Of a stretch of DNA of 64,000 nt, positions 20,970-31,471 are shown piece after piece. The notes under the pieces were generated by a model. That model had not been told where the DNA came from, searched no databases, and saw only the letters and a list, made by a program, of their open reading frames with translations. This stretch comes from Terriglobia bacterium (lineage in GTDB: Bacteria; Acidobacteriota; Terriglobia; 2-12-FULL-54-10), in assembly GCA_963666975.2 (NCBI GenBank), contig CAXVYR010000004.1:672001-736000 (forward strand), in the 5' to 3' direction. Position numbers and translations under genes: made by a program. Position 1 is the first letter of the stretch. Each line of letters begins with the position of its first letter.

Positions 20970-21200
20970 ATGCCCGCTACAGGAGTCGATGCAGCTATCC
21001 GCGAGCTTCAGCGCGAACAGGAAAGAATCCATGGAGTAATATCGGCTCTCAAGAGCCTCTTCCCCGGAAGCGGCCCTGGAAAGCGCACAAAACGCGGCAA
21101 ACGTAAACGCACTGGAAGGAAACTCTCGCAGGCTGCACGCAGGCGGATCTCTATAGCCGCGAAAAAGCGGTGGGCAACTCGGCGTGCTGCCAAGAAGTGA
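20970..21200 (+). CDS. Small basic histone-like/nucleoid-associated protein
   Basis: AGGAGG RBS; N-terminal coiled coil and RKLSQAARRRISIAAKKRWA tail. Confidence 0.7.
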   Translation: MPATGVDAAIRELQREQERIHGVISALKSLFPGSGPGKRTKRGKRKRTGRKLSQAARRRISIAAKKRWATRRAAKK

Positions 21201-21541
21201 ACTTTCAGTTTCAGGCGCGTTTAAACCTCACCCACCGCTGGAACTGATCGTATCCCGCTGGATAGAATAGACTGCTGCTGGTTCCACCGGAAACTGGCTA
21301 CTTCTGGTCCTGACCCCTTTATCCAGCCCTGGCCGACGCCCCTCGTTTCTCTGAAAATCCAGTAATAACCGCGCCGCACGCCGCCGGCAAGAGCGCGATC
21401 TTCCTCACCGCCGTAGGTGTGCCAGTCGAGCGCCGACTCCATATGTTATAGAATCTCGTTGGGCTATACTTTTTGCTGTTTGGCGTTCAAAATGATTGGA
21501 CAACGCCGACGCCGTTATAGAAGGAACTTCCGGTTCATACA

Positions 21542-22567
21542 ATGAACTTCTGGCACAATTTAACCAAACCAATCCTAGCTCTTGCTCCGATGGCTGGTGT
21601 GACTGATCCGGCTTTTCGGCGCATCATCGCAAAGTATGGCAAGCCGGATGTCTTATGGACTGAGTTTGTTTCCGCGGACGGACTTTTCTTGGGTGGTTAT
21701 GACGCTCTCATCAAAGATCTTGAATTTACGCAGTCAGAGCGACCGATCGTGGCGCAATTTCTTACCTCTAATCCGGATATGATGCGCAAAGCAGCATCGC
21801 TTGCAAGAGAACTCGGATTTGATGGATTAGATATAAATATGGGTTGTCCGGACAAAAGTATTGAAAAGCGAGGTGCCGGAGCAAACTTAATAAAACATCC
21901 GGAACTTGCCCAAGAAATAATTCGCGCGGCAAAAGAGGGGGCTGGTAATCTGCCTGTATCCGTCAAAACTCGCATCGGATGGATGAATAATGAACTTGAA
22001 ACTCTGCTTCCGGCGCTTTTAGAAGCGGAGCCTGCTGTGATCACCATTCACGCACGAACGCGCAATGAAATGTCCCGTGTGCCCGCTCGATGGGAACACA
22101 TAAAATGTGCTGTAGAGATTCGAAATGAAAAGGGAAGCGATACTCTTATCTTTGGTAATGGGGATGTCGCTTCGGTTGCTGAAGCCTTACAAAAAGTAAA
22201 AGAGACTGGTTGTGATGGAGTGATGATCGGTCGCGCGATTTGTGGCAATCCATGGTTATTCGCTAAAGATTCCCCGAAGGTTCTTCCAAAGGAAAAGTTG
22301 GAGGTTTTGGTAGAACATACAAAACTGTTTCAGGAATTGCTGCCACATAAACGTTTTGAGCTAATGAAAAAACATTACAAAGCCTATGTAACAGGCTGGG
22401 ATGGAGCAATGGAACTTCGAATGAAACTAATGGATGCAAGAGACGCAACTGAGGTAGCATTCATACTACGTTCGCAAGACTATTTGCCCCGCCGCCCGGC
22501 ATATGATTCTAGCCGTTCTTTTACCGACCCAACCTCCATCGCTTTAACCCAACCGGTGCGCCCGTAG
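21542..22567 (+). CDS. dus: tRNA-dihydrouridine synthase
   Basis: LAPMAGVTD, DINMGCP, VSVKTRIG, HART, GNGDV, GVMIGRA. Confidence 0.92.
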   Translation: MNFWHNLTKPILALAPMAGVTDPAFRRIIAKYGKPDVLWTEFVSADGLFLGGYDALIKDLEFTQSERPIVAQFLTSNPDMMRKAASLARELGFDGLDINMGCPDKSIEKRGAGANLIKHPELAQEIIRAAKEGAGNLPVSVKTRIGWMNNELETLLPALLEAEPAVITIHARTRNEMSRVPARWEHIKCAVEIRNEKGSDTLIFGNGDVASVAEALQKVKETGCDGVMIGRAICGNPWLFAKDSPKVLPKEKLEVLVEHTKLFQELLPHKRFELMKKHYKAYVTGWDGAMELRMKLMDARDATEVAFILRSQDYLPRRPAYDSSRSFTDPTSIALTQPVRP

Positions 22568-22668
22568 AGGAAATTCCTTCGGTCGAATGGAGACCATGCG
22601 CAGCAGCGGAGGAGCAGGCACGGTGTTATCCTGGTGGAGAATATGTCACAATAAGGCTGTAATTTCTC

Positions 22669-24351
22669 ATGTCCAATCCAAACATCCCGGAATCCCAATC
22701 CACGACAGAATTCACCGAGTCATTCGAGGACATGCTCTCCCAACACGAGCGGAGCCGTTCGCGCAAGCCTGATGGGGGCGGTCAAGGACTCGAAGGTACT
22801 GTGATCGCCGTTACCGGCGAATCGGTTTTCCTAGATATAGGCTTCAAGACCGAAGGCATCCTGCCGCTGGCGGCGTTCGCGGGCACTGGCGAATCAGTAA
22901 GACCCGGCGATAAGCTGCCGGTCACGATCAAGGGTCGCGATCCGGATGGCTACTACGTGCTTTCTCGCGGCCAGGTTGGGCAGCCAAAGGACTGGCCTTC
23001 GCTGGAGAAGGCCTTCGCCGATCAGGCGGCTATTGTAGGCACAGTGACCGGCGTGATCAAAGGCGGGCTGAGCGTGGATGTGGGTGTGCGTGCGTTCATG
23101 CCAGCCTCGCGCAGCGGAGCGCGCGACGCCGCCGAGATGGAGAAGTTGGTGGGGCAGGAGATGCGCTGCCGCATTATCAAGCTCGATGTGACGGATGAAG
23201 ACGTGGTGGTGGACCACCGTGTTCTTGCCCAAGACGAAGAGCGTGCCGTGAAGGAGCGCCGGTATTCGGAGATCAGGGAAGGCGAGACGGTGAGCGGCGT
23301 GGTCCGCAGCCTGACCGATTACGGCGCTTTCGTCGATATTGGCGGAGTGGACGCCTTGCTGCATGTCAGTGACATCGCCTGGGGCCGCGTCAACAAAGCG
23401 TCGGACGTACTCTCGCTCGAGCAGCAGATCGAAGCCAAAGTGCTCAAGGTCGAGCCCGCCAAGAGGCGCATTTCGCTGGGCATGAAGCAGCTTCAGCAGC
23501 ATCCCTGGGATTTGGTGGCCGAAAAGTACATAGTAGGCGAGCGCGTGCGAGGTGCCGTTACGCACGTAGCCGACTTCGGAGCGTTTGTGGAACTGGAGCC
23601 GGGGATTGAAGGGTTGATCCATATTTCGGAAATGTCGTGGTCCAAGAAAGTGAGGAATCCCAGCGACGTGGTGAAGCCGGGCGAGACGGTGGAAGCGGTG
23701 ATTCTGAGGCTGAACACGGCCGACCGCCGCATCTCCCTGGGCCTCAAGCAGGCGCTGGGCGATCCATGGGCCGAGGTGGCGCAGAAGTTTGCGGTGGGCT
23801 CAGTGATTGAAGGGCCGGTGACCAGCTTTACCAATTTCGGCGCCTTCGTGCAGCTTTCCGAAGGCGTCGAGGGCATGATTCACATTGGCGAGATCAGCGC
23901 CGACAAGCGCATCAACCATCCGCAGGACGTGCTGAAGGTCGGACAACCGGTCAAGGCCCAGGTGCTCGAAGTCGATACGGAAAGGCGGCAACTACGGCTG
24001 AGCATCAAGCGACTGGTTCCGAGCAGCCTCGATGAATACATAGCCGAACACAAGGAAGGCGACGTGGTCACGGGCCGGATGACCGAGGTTTCGAGCGGCC
24101 GCGCGCGCGTGGAATTGGGCGAAGGCGTCCAGGCCCTGTGCCGAATGGACTCGGAGGGCAAGGAGAAGGAAGAGACGCAGGCCGAAGAGAAATTGGATTT
24201 GTCATCGCTGACTTCCATGCTGAGTGCCCACTGGAAGGGCCGCGTTGTCGACGGGTCCAAATCGAAAGCCGTCAGCGTCGGCCAGATTCGCAGTTTTCGG
24301 ATTGCGAAGCTCGATCCGGCTGCGAAGAAGATTGAATTGGAGTTGGCGTAA
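22669..24351 (+). CDS. rpsA: 30S ribosomal protein S1 (RpsA-like; possibly a paralogue)
   Basis: Six S1 domains (DYGAFVDIGGVDALLHVSDI, DFGAFVELEPGIEGLIHISEMSW); no cmk upstream. Confidence 0.85.
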   Translation: MSNPNIPESQSTTEFTESFEDMLSQHERSRSRKPDGGGQGLEGTVIAVTGESVFLDIGFKTEGILPLAAFAGTGESVRPGDKLPVTIKGRDPDGYYVLSRGQVGQPKDWPSLEKAFADQAAIVGTVTGVIKGGLSVDVGVRAFMPASRSGARDAAEMEKLVGQEMRCRIIKLDVTDEDVVVDHRVLAQDEERAVKERRYSEIREGETVSGVVRSLTDYGAFVDIGGVDALLHVSDIAWGRVNKASDVLSLEQQIEAKVLKVEPAKRRISLGMKQLQQHPWDLVAEKYIVGERVRGAVTHVADFGAFVELEPGIEGLIHISEMSWSKKVRNPSDVVKPGETVEAVILRLNTADRRISLGLKQALGDPWAEVAQKFAVGSVIEGPVTSFTNFGAFVQLSEGVEGMIHIGEISADKRINHPQDVLKVGQPVKAQVLEVDTERRQLRLSIKRLVPSSLDEYIAEHKEGDVVTGRMTEVSSGRARVELGEGVQALCRMDSEGKEKEETQAEEKLDLSSLTSMLSAHWKGRVVDGSKSKAVSVGQIRSFRIAKLDPAAKKIELELA

Positions 24352-24693
24352 TAGACCTGACGGCACTGTCAAGTGGTGCTTTCGCAATCTAGTGTTGTTA
24401 AGCAGCCTCTGAAATCGCCGAGTCTTCCCGATCGGTCGAATTCGCGTGGAAGATGAACACACAGACGGTCCTTACCAAGCGCAAATAATTGGGGATGGAC
24501 GTGAAGATGTCGCGGAATGTCAACCGCCTGCTGGTCAGGTCGGCCTGCATAGCCGGAGTCCTGACTTCACATCCGAATTTCAGCGGTATTGTCAAGTTAG
24601 GGGAAATTCCCGAGGTGCTAGGATTGCAGCCCACAGGGGCCCGAGTCGTTCCCGGCGGGAAAGCGGAAGCATGGTAGTTTCAAAAAACCTTCT

Positions 24694-27645
24694 ATGGAGA
24701 TGGGAATGGGAATAGCAAAGGAAGCCCGATGCGTGGGGCTAGCATTTTTGATGGGATGGCTCTTTGTGCATGGAGATGCTCTTTGGGGACAGCAGCAAGA
24801 AACTCAAAGCACAGGGGAAACAGCCACAAGCACCTCGACTGCCTCCAGTCGGATTGACGAAAGCCAGTTAGTCGGATTACCACTCCAAGGGCGCAGTTAT
24901 ACCCAACTGGCTACCCTGGAAGCGGGGGTGAGCGATACATCGGCTACTGCGGCGTCTCGTGGGATTGGCGGTGGAGGGTTGAACGTGGCAGGGGGACGGA
25001 ATACCTCCAACATCTTCTTGCTGGATGGGACCAATATCATGACTCTTGGTAATATCGTCCCGCGAAGCGCAGCCGGAGTGCAACTGGGTTCTGATGCCGT
25101 CTTGCAGGTCCAGGTGTTCAGTACCACCTATTCCGCTGAATATGGCCGGGGCAGCGGCGGGATTCTGAACACCATCACGCGTTCGGGAACGCCCGAGTTT
25201 CATGGGACCTTGTTTGAGTACTTTCGCAATAGCAAGCTCGATGCTCGTAACTTTTTCGACCCGGGTGAGCCTCCTCCCTTCAAACGCAACCAGTTCGGTT
25301 TCACCTTTACCGGCCCGATCCGGAAGGAAAGAACTTTTTTTATGGGTAGCTTTGAGGCGATGCGTGACCGGTTGACGGACACTGATGTCAGCTTCTTTCC
25401 CGATCGAGAGGCGCGGCAGGGAATCATCACGGATAGAGACGGAATCGTGACTCGAACCATCGAGAGGGTGAACCCCGACGTAATTCCCTATTTGAACCTA
25501 ATGCCTATTCCCAATGGGGATCGGGTGGGTGGAGGAGTCGGAGAGAATCGCGCCGCACGGTTTCTGCCGACGGATGAGAATTTTTTCACGGTTCGCCTGG
25601 ATCATGAAATTTCCCAGCGCGACAGCTTGTTCGCTCGCTACACTTTTAGCGATGCCACCAGCAACTCCCCTGCAGACTCCTTCCTCTTTAAGAGGTTCGC
25701 CGAAAGCCGCCAACAGTATCTGACCCTGGTGGCGTCCCATATTTTTAGTTCCCGGACACTGACTTCATTCCGTTTTGGGTATACTCGGCCGACGAGTAGA
25801 GCCGACACATTCTCGTCCATTGAGATTCCCGAATCACTGTTTTTTGTTCAGGGAGGGCCCAGGTTTGGGCGAATCGAGATTCCCAGCCTGACGACCTTGG
25901 GAACGTTTACTACCCTTCCCGAAGTCAACATCGTGAATACCTTCCAATTTGCGGATGACGTGGTGGCTCAAAGAGGGTCTCATGCGCTAAAATTTGGCGC
26001 ACAGCTCCATCGCTACCGTTGGTTTACTTTCTCCAGCCGGAACTTTGGGGGGTTATGGTCGTTTAACAGCCTAGAAAGCTTTTTGGATGGCGGTCCGGAA
26101 GGGGGGAGAGGAACCTCCGTGTCCGTGGCATTGCCTGGTTCCAGCAGTAAGGTTGATTTTCGCCAAACTCTGGCGGGCTTCTACATTCAGGATGAATATC
26201 GAGTCACTCCTCGCCTTCTGCTCAGTCTCGGCTTACGCTATGAATTTATTACTCGCGTCCGGGAAAAGGATGGCCGAAGCCAATTTCTTGTCGACCCGTT
26301 GCGCGATCCGGAGATACAGGTGGGGCACTACATAGCTTCTAATCCTTCTCCTCGATATCCTGTCCCCCGGGTTGGTCTTTCCTGGTCTCCCTGGGGACAT
26401 CGAGATACGGTCATTCGTGGCGGCTTTGGGCTTTTCAACGACCAAATTGTTGAATATTTGGTGGACCGGCCAAAGACTTCGGTGCCATGGTTTCTGCTGG
26501 CGGAGAAACCCAACCTCGGGTCTGAGGAATTCCTCCGCAGTTTCCCTAATATCCTAGAAGTTGCCACCGGAGCATCCGCCAGCGCTCGCGTGATGGATTA
26601 TGAACACATCACGACCCCACGGGTGATGCGGTACAACTTCGCGGTTCAGGATGAGCTTCCAGGAGGGTGGCGAGTGCAGGCATCTTATGTAGGGGCCAGG
26701 GGGATCCATTTGTTTCGGTCCTATGGAGTAAACAAGTTCCCGTTCCCGGAAGTGCGGGAGGATGGGTCTTTGTTCTTCCCGCCGGATCCAAATCTCACTC
26801 CCATCAATCCGGCGTTTCGAAACATTGAAGTTACCAGCAGCGATTCGCAGTCCTTTTACAACTCATTGCAACTTGCTGCCCGCAAAACTGTCGGCCAAGG
26901 GCTTTCTTTGCGGGCTAGCTATAGTTTCGGCAAGTCAGTGGATGATGCTTCCAGGCTGAGCCCGAATGCCCAGTATGGATTTGACCGGACTCTGGAACGG
27001 GGCTTGAGCAGTTCTAATATCCGTCACCGACTTGTGTTTAACTATTTCTACACTCTTCCGTTTGGAAGTGGGCAGCGGTGGTGGAACTCCGGCATTGCCT
27101 CGCGAATATTCCGAGGCTGGCGGCTGGGGGGCATTCTGCGATTTCGTACTGGGACTCCTTTTAACCCGCAAGTGAGCGTTCGGTATCCGGATTTCCTGTT
27201 CGAGCCGACGCGGCCCAACCTGAAGGCAGGCCAAGACCTGAGTAACATAACCGAGGGCGTGACGGCTGGCTGCGGCTTTGATCCGGAAACCGGCAGGTTT
27301 GTGGTAGAGCCAGGTCAGATGTTGGGAACTCGGGAGCTATATTTCGACCCCTGCGTATTTGAAGTACCTCCGCCCGGAACCATGGGTAATGTGGGGCGCA
27401 ATACGCTCACTGGCCCGAGCGTATTTAACATGGATCTTTCTATCTCGAGAGAATTTGCGGTGGATTCCAAGAGACGACTTCAATTTCGGGCAGAAATCTT
27501 TAATCTGCCGAACCATACCAATTTTGGTCGCCGCTCTTCCCTGGTTTTCCGTGGTACCGGACGCCGCAACTTGTCAGCAGGAAGAATTACGAGCACTTCG
27601 ACCACTTCGCGGCAGATTCAATTCGCCTTGAGACTTTCGTTTTAG
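24694..27645 (+). CDS. TonB-dependent receptor-like (Oar-type) outer-membrane protein
   Basis: LPLQGRSYTQL, SAEYGR, FEYFRNSKLDARNFFD, C-terminal RQIQFALRLSF. Confidence 0.9.
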   Translation: MEMGMGIAKEARCVGLAFLMGWLFVHGDALWGQQQETQSTGETATSTSTASSRIDESQLVGLPLQGRSYTQLATLEAGVSDTSATAASRGIGGGGLNVAGGRNTSNIFLLDGTNIMTLGNIVPRSAAGVQLGSDAVLQVQVFSTTYSAEYGRGSGGILNTITRSGTPEFHGTLFEYFRNSKLDARNFFDPGEPPPFKRNQFGFTFTGPIRKERTFFMGSFEAMRDRLTDTDVSFFPDREARQGIITDRDGIVTRTIERVNPDVIPYLNLMPIPNGDRVGGGVGENRAARFLPTDENFFTVRLDHEISQRDSLFARYTFSDATSNSPADSFLFKRFAESRQQYLTLVASHIFSSRTLTSFRFGYTRPTSRADTFSSIEIPESLFFVQGGPRFGRIEIPSLTTLGTFTTLPEVNIVNTFQFADDVVAQRGSHALKFGAQLHRYRWFTFSSRNFGGLWSFNSLESFLDGGPEGGRGTSVSVALPGSSSKVDFRQTLAGFYIQDEYRVTPRLLLSLGLRYEFITRVREKDGRSQFLVDPLRDPEIQVGHYIASNPSPRYPVPRVGLSWSPWGHRDTVIRGGFGLFNDQIVEYLVDRPKTSVPWFLLAEKPNLGSEEFLRSFPNILEVATGASASARVMDYEHITTPRVMRYNFAVQDELPGGWRVQASYVGARGIHLFRSYGVNKFPFPEVREDGSLFFPPDPNLTPINPAFRNIEVTSSDSQSFYNSLQLAARKTVGQGLSLRASYSFGKSVDDASRLSPNAQYGFDRTLERGLSSSNIRHRLVFNYFYTLPFGSGQRWWNSGIASRIFRGWRLGGILRFRTGTPFNPQVSVRYPDFLFEPTRPNLKAGQDLSNITEGVTAGCGFDPETGRFVVEPGQMLGTRELYFDPCVFEVPPPGTMGNVGRNTLTGPSVFNMDLSISREFAVDSKRRLQFRAEIFNLPNHTNFGRRSSLVFRGTGRRNLSAGRITSTSTTSRQIQFALRLSF

Positions 27646-27870
27646 AGTTACTGGCTGAGTTGTTCAAAAGGGTTTCCTTCGGTACAGGGAACCAAACACG
27701 AAAATAATGAGGGTTCAATGGGAGTCCAATTCCTATCGCGCCAAGCGAAGCGACGGTACTGTCAAGTTAACGGTTTGAGCTCCTTGTGAACGCTTCATGG
27801 CAGTCTCTAAGTTGTTGATTCTTCGTTCCTGAGCGGACCGATTTCGCCTCGACAACGGGGGAGATTTCCC

Positions 27871-28509
27871 TTAACTTGACAATACCGTCGAGGTAGTCAC
27901 ATCCAGCACAGCTTTCAAAGTACCGCGTACGCCGGGCGGAAAGTGATCTGCAAATTGCCACAATCGCTGATGATTGAGCGTGGAAAGATCGATCTCGTCC
28001 CACGGGATTTCTTTTCCTTTCAAGCGCCGGTAATAGATCCAATCGAGCAGCGCCTTCTCCGGATAGGCTAAGATGGTCTCAGCTCCACTTGTGGTTCTCA
28101 CCTGCTCGAAGCCGAAGAACCGTTGGTCAGAAAAATGGATGTAGGAGATCTCGCCGAGGAAAGTTTCCACTCGGCGTGGGCGCCCTATCGTCACGCAGGT
28201 CAGGGTGGGAGTAACCTGCTGAGTCAGTCCGTGATAACTGAGTGCCCAATCGAGAGACAAATAGGCAGGAGGAAATAAAATTACGGCCAACTGCTCTCCT
28301 TGGGGACTTTTCAGGAGATTGGCATAGAGCCTGGGACCAACACGGCGCAACAACCCTACCTGCTGGTTGCGCCAGCAGACCTGACGGACGGCAGAGTCCT
28401 TCAACCCCGTCAGTTTTGCTAGGGATGTCACGGTGAGGAAATCGCCTTCTGGGCTCGGCAGATCTCGCAAAATAGACAACCAATTTCTCGTGGTAACGTA
28501 ACGCTTCAT
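27871..28509 (-). CDS. abiEi: Type IV TA antitoxin, AbiEi-like
   Basis: wHTH N-terminus; PAYLSLDWALSYHGL..Q, AYPEKALLDWIY. Confidence 0.85.
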   Translation of the reverse strand: MKRYVTTRNWLSILRDLPSPEGDFLTVTSLAKLTGLKDSAVRQVCWRNQQVGLLRRVGPRLYANLLKSPQGEQLAVILFPPAYLSLDWALSYHGLTQQVTPTLTCVTIGRPRRVETFLGEISYIHFSDQRFFGFEQVRTTSGAETILAYPEKALLDWIYYRRLKGKEIPWDEIDLSTLNHQRLWQFADHFPPGVRGTLKAVLDVTTSTVLSS

Positions 28510-29282
28510 AGCTTTGTGAAAGGCTTGAGTAGGTTCCTCACCGACCGAACGAGGCTCGCATAGTTGTCCTTGCGAAGCTTGTTAAGCCAGGGCGTCGGCA
28601 GGAGAGGAGCAAGATCGGCTTCGAGCCTGCTCGGGCTGATGAGTTTGAGTCTCCTCTGGATTTCAAGGTCCTCGATTTCTTCCAAAGCAAGCCAGTGCTC
28701 AAACTCCCGCTTGTCCAGCTTGGCTTCGAGATTCAGCAGATACCACAGATCGAACACATCCCGGGCCTTGAGGAATTTTCTTTTTAATAACGTCTTGATT
28801 TTGAGGAAGAGAAGTTCGTCGAGGACGGGACAGACCACGACTTCGCTTGCCAGCGATTCGGATCGGAGAAGTTTTGTCTCCGTTCGGCCTACTGCGCCGG
28901 CGATGCGGCTGAATTCGAGCACGACCATCCGACGGCTTGCCAGCCGAATATCTATGGTTGCCGGTTCCAGGCTGCGCACCCGACAATCAATGGGTTGCCT
29001 AAGAAGAGCGGCTAAGGGCAGGAGCCTCCGCTCCAGGCTTCCCGAGATTTTGGCTAAATCCCCGGAGTGCAATATTCGCAGGGGAAAGAGATCAACATCC
29101 CGGGAGTACCGAGGGCTGTCATAGAGGAGATGCAAGACATTACCCCCAATAAAGATGGCCAGATCCGGAAATACGCGGAAGAATACGAGCAAAGATTCGC
29201 GGGCTAGCGTGGATCCCAATGCATGGTCCTCTGCAACGCCTTGCTCCCGGGCTTGCCGGCGAATTTGCTCCCATAGGTTCAT
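28506..29282 (-). CDS. abiEii: Type IV TA toxin, AbiEii-like nucleotidyltransferase
   Basis: FIGGNVLHLLYDSPRYSRDVD, KIKTLL.R..ARDVFDLWYL. Confidence 0.85.
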   Translation of the reverse strand: MNLWEQIRRQAREQGVAEDHALGSTLARESLLVFFRVFPDLAIFIGGNVLHLLYDSPRYSRDVDLFPLRILHSGDLAKISGSLERRLLPLAALLRQPIDCRVRSLEPATIDIRLASRRMVVLEFSRIAGAVGRTETKLLRSESLASEVVVCPVLDELLFLKIKTLLKRKFLKARDVFDLWYLLNLEAKLDKREFEHWLALEEIEDLEIQRRLKLISPSRLEADLAPLLPTPWLNKLRKDNYASLVRSVRNLLKPFTKL

Positions 29283-29618
29283 GGCAATATTATAACAATT
29301 ATGTAGATAAAATGAAATATACTTAGCGGGACCTCAACCAAGCATATTCCATAATTCTTTATTAAATTCTGGCGGCTATGACCTTGCCGCCCTCGGTGGC
29401 TGATGGGCCGCGGAGCTGCTGGGACGAGTTGAACGCCTACCACCGCTTTTAGCAGCCCCTCCAGCAAATCGCTCATGACCCAGAAAGCTTCGGTGTCCGA
29501 TCAGCTGGCGTTAGGGTTGGGGATTTAGCTACCGTCTTCCTGGAGGCACCCCTTTCATGACATGACATAAGCGAGAAACAGCATGAGAGTGTGGATACGG
29601 TGGCTTTGTTTCGCAAAA

Positions 29619-30515
29619 TCAGCTTTCGCTGGAGACGCCCACTCTGATAGATGGAGGAACCGCTTTGCCCTTCCTCTGTCGCTGTAATTGCTCTAGCTGA
29701 CTCATCGCACGATGCAGCTGCCGCTCAATCGTCGTCTCGTAGCGAAGGATTTTGTCCAGCACATCCTTAGAGGGGAGGTGGAGCCTGGAGAGCTTTGACT
29801 CCAGCCGCAGGTTCTCATGTGCCTCGGTCCTCCGCCGTAAGTCTTCTAACCTTTCTTGCTCCTCATTAAGTTCCTGTAGGATGCTCTTCTTGCACTTCCT
29901 GGGAACGCCGCCGACATGATCCGGTTCAGCGGCCTCCACTGGATTGAAGGCGCGGCACCGGTTAGCAAGATGCTCTTCATCGTCTCCAAAGTACTCCGTG
30001 AGCCGCTTGTGGCCACTCTCGGAGAGATAGCCGATCTGTTTAACGTCCTCTTTGATCTCTTCCAGAAGATCAATTAGATACTCCAATCCCATGGAACTGT
30101 CCCGCAGGCCCCACCGGATGTAATATGAGTCGGAGTAAATTGCACGTTCAACCTTTTCAATTTGCTCGGAATTTTCTTTCTGCTCTGCGGTGTCCAGTTC
30201 ATTTCGTATCTCCCCGATCTCGCACCGTAGTACTCGGCGTAGCCTCCAGTAGCAAATGGCGATTTTCTCAACCTGCATCTCTTCAACGATGCCTTTGGGC
30301 TGTCTATCAACTCGGAGTTGAGCAAGCAGGCCATTAAACTCGGCCTTGTTCTCCTTGCCGTCGCCGGCTTGAATCAAAACCTCCTGAGCTAAAAGTCCGT
30401 GTTTTAGGGCATTCCACCTGACCACCTTCTTTCCCTCCAGTGTTCTCGGCCCGGTGGATCGGCGGGCATTCCGCCGGTTCGCCTCAATCTTCTCAAATGA
30501 GGTATTCCTTGCCAT
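29619..30515 (-). CDS. Phage/MGE-associated hypothetical protein (ANRRNA..STGPRT..GK..NALKHG family)
   Basis: Characteristic N-terminus and C-terminal RYETTIERQLHRA; GGAGG RBS. Confidence 0.75.
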   Translation of the reverse strand: MARNTSFEKIEANRRNARRSTGPRTLEGKKVVRWNALKHGLLAQEVLIQAGDGKENKAEFNGLLAQLRVDRQPKGIVEEMQVEKIAICYWRLRRVLRCEIGEIRNELDTAEQKENSEQIEKVERAIYSDSYYIRWGLRDSSMGLEYLIDLLEEIKEDVKQIGYLSESGHKRLTEYFGDDEEHLANRCRAFNPVEAAEPDHVGGVPRKCKKSILQELNEEQERLEDLRRRTEAHENLRLESKLSRLHLPSKDVLDKILRYETTIERQLHRAMSQLEQLQRQRKGKAVPPSIRVGVSSES

Positions 30516-30767
30516 GACTGTTCCTCCAGATTGATGATCGCCCCACAGAGCTCCGCACGGCATCACGTGAGATGATAGCGAAGAGCCCGATCCCAAGTGG
30601 AAGCCAAAGGATCCCGGGGCTTAAAGGAACTATAGGGAGTTACGGTTGCTCATATAAGGCACGCAACGGAAATATTCCCTTTGGCTGCATACCCCAATGA
30701 AAAGGTTTGAGCCGAAAAGTCCCAAGTCTGTTCCTATCCCAAACGTTCGGCGAACACAGGCTTAGGG

Positions 30768-31471
30768 CTACATCAGCCTAAAGGTTGTGTGCTTTCTTTT
30801 GCGCCAGGCCTTTTGGGCCCTAGTGGGATGATCGAGGGCTTTGTTTGGATGCAACTGCTTTTGGACATAATTGATGAGCGTGCCAACTTCTTTGTCGCAA
30901 TAGGTCCCTGTCCGTAAATGGACTTCCCTGGTAAGATGCGTTCTCTCATAATTGCACCAACCGTCCCGCAAGGTCTGGGGATTTTTAAATGGACTTCCCT
31001 GGTAAGATGCGTTCTCTCATAATTGCACCAACCGTCCCGCAAGGTCTGGGGATTTTTGTTTAGACGTTGAATATCCTTCAGGAAAGCAGCACAGGGTTCG
31101 AGGTTTTCTTGCAAAGCTGAAAGATGGTCAATGAAGCGCCTCCAATGAATATTAGTAGGAGATGAAGCAAGGGCTTCTGTATCGAATTTGTCCAACTGGC
31201 GGGCCATCTTGCTCATGTTTTGGTATAGCGACCTTATTTCCCATCGCTTAGTGCCCTTGGGTTTAATGACATCCCAGGCCGACTTTCGGTCACTCACCAC
31301 TAGAAGCGTGGAAATGTATGTTTTCAATGTCACGGGGTCCATCCCTTTTATGCATAGACTCACCGCTGAATTCAGAGCGGGTTCGTCGTCCCCGAATAAC
31401 TCAACCAATTCTGGATACCTAGCCGTGTCTTCTTGGAGCGCTTTTCCCCGGCGGAGCTTCTGGTTGGGCAC
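30768..31471 (-). pseudogene. Hypothetical protein frameshifted by a 71-bp tandem duplication
   Basis: Removing one repeat copy joins the 31471 ORF to the 30768 ORF tail; GGAGGT RBS. Confidence 0.65.
30916..31057. repeat. Exact 71-bp tandem duplication
   Basis: 30916-30986 equals 30987-31057. Confidence 0.95.

Noticed and set aside
21221-21442. 73-aa ORF
   Set aside because: No RBS or recognisable motif.
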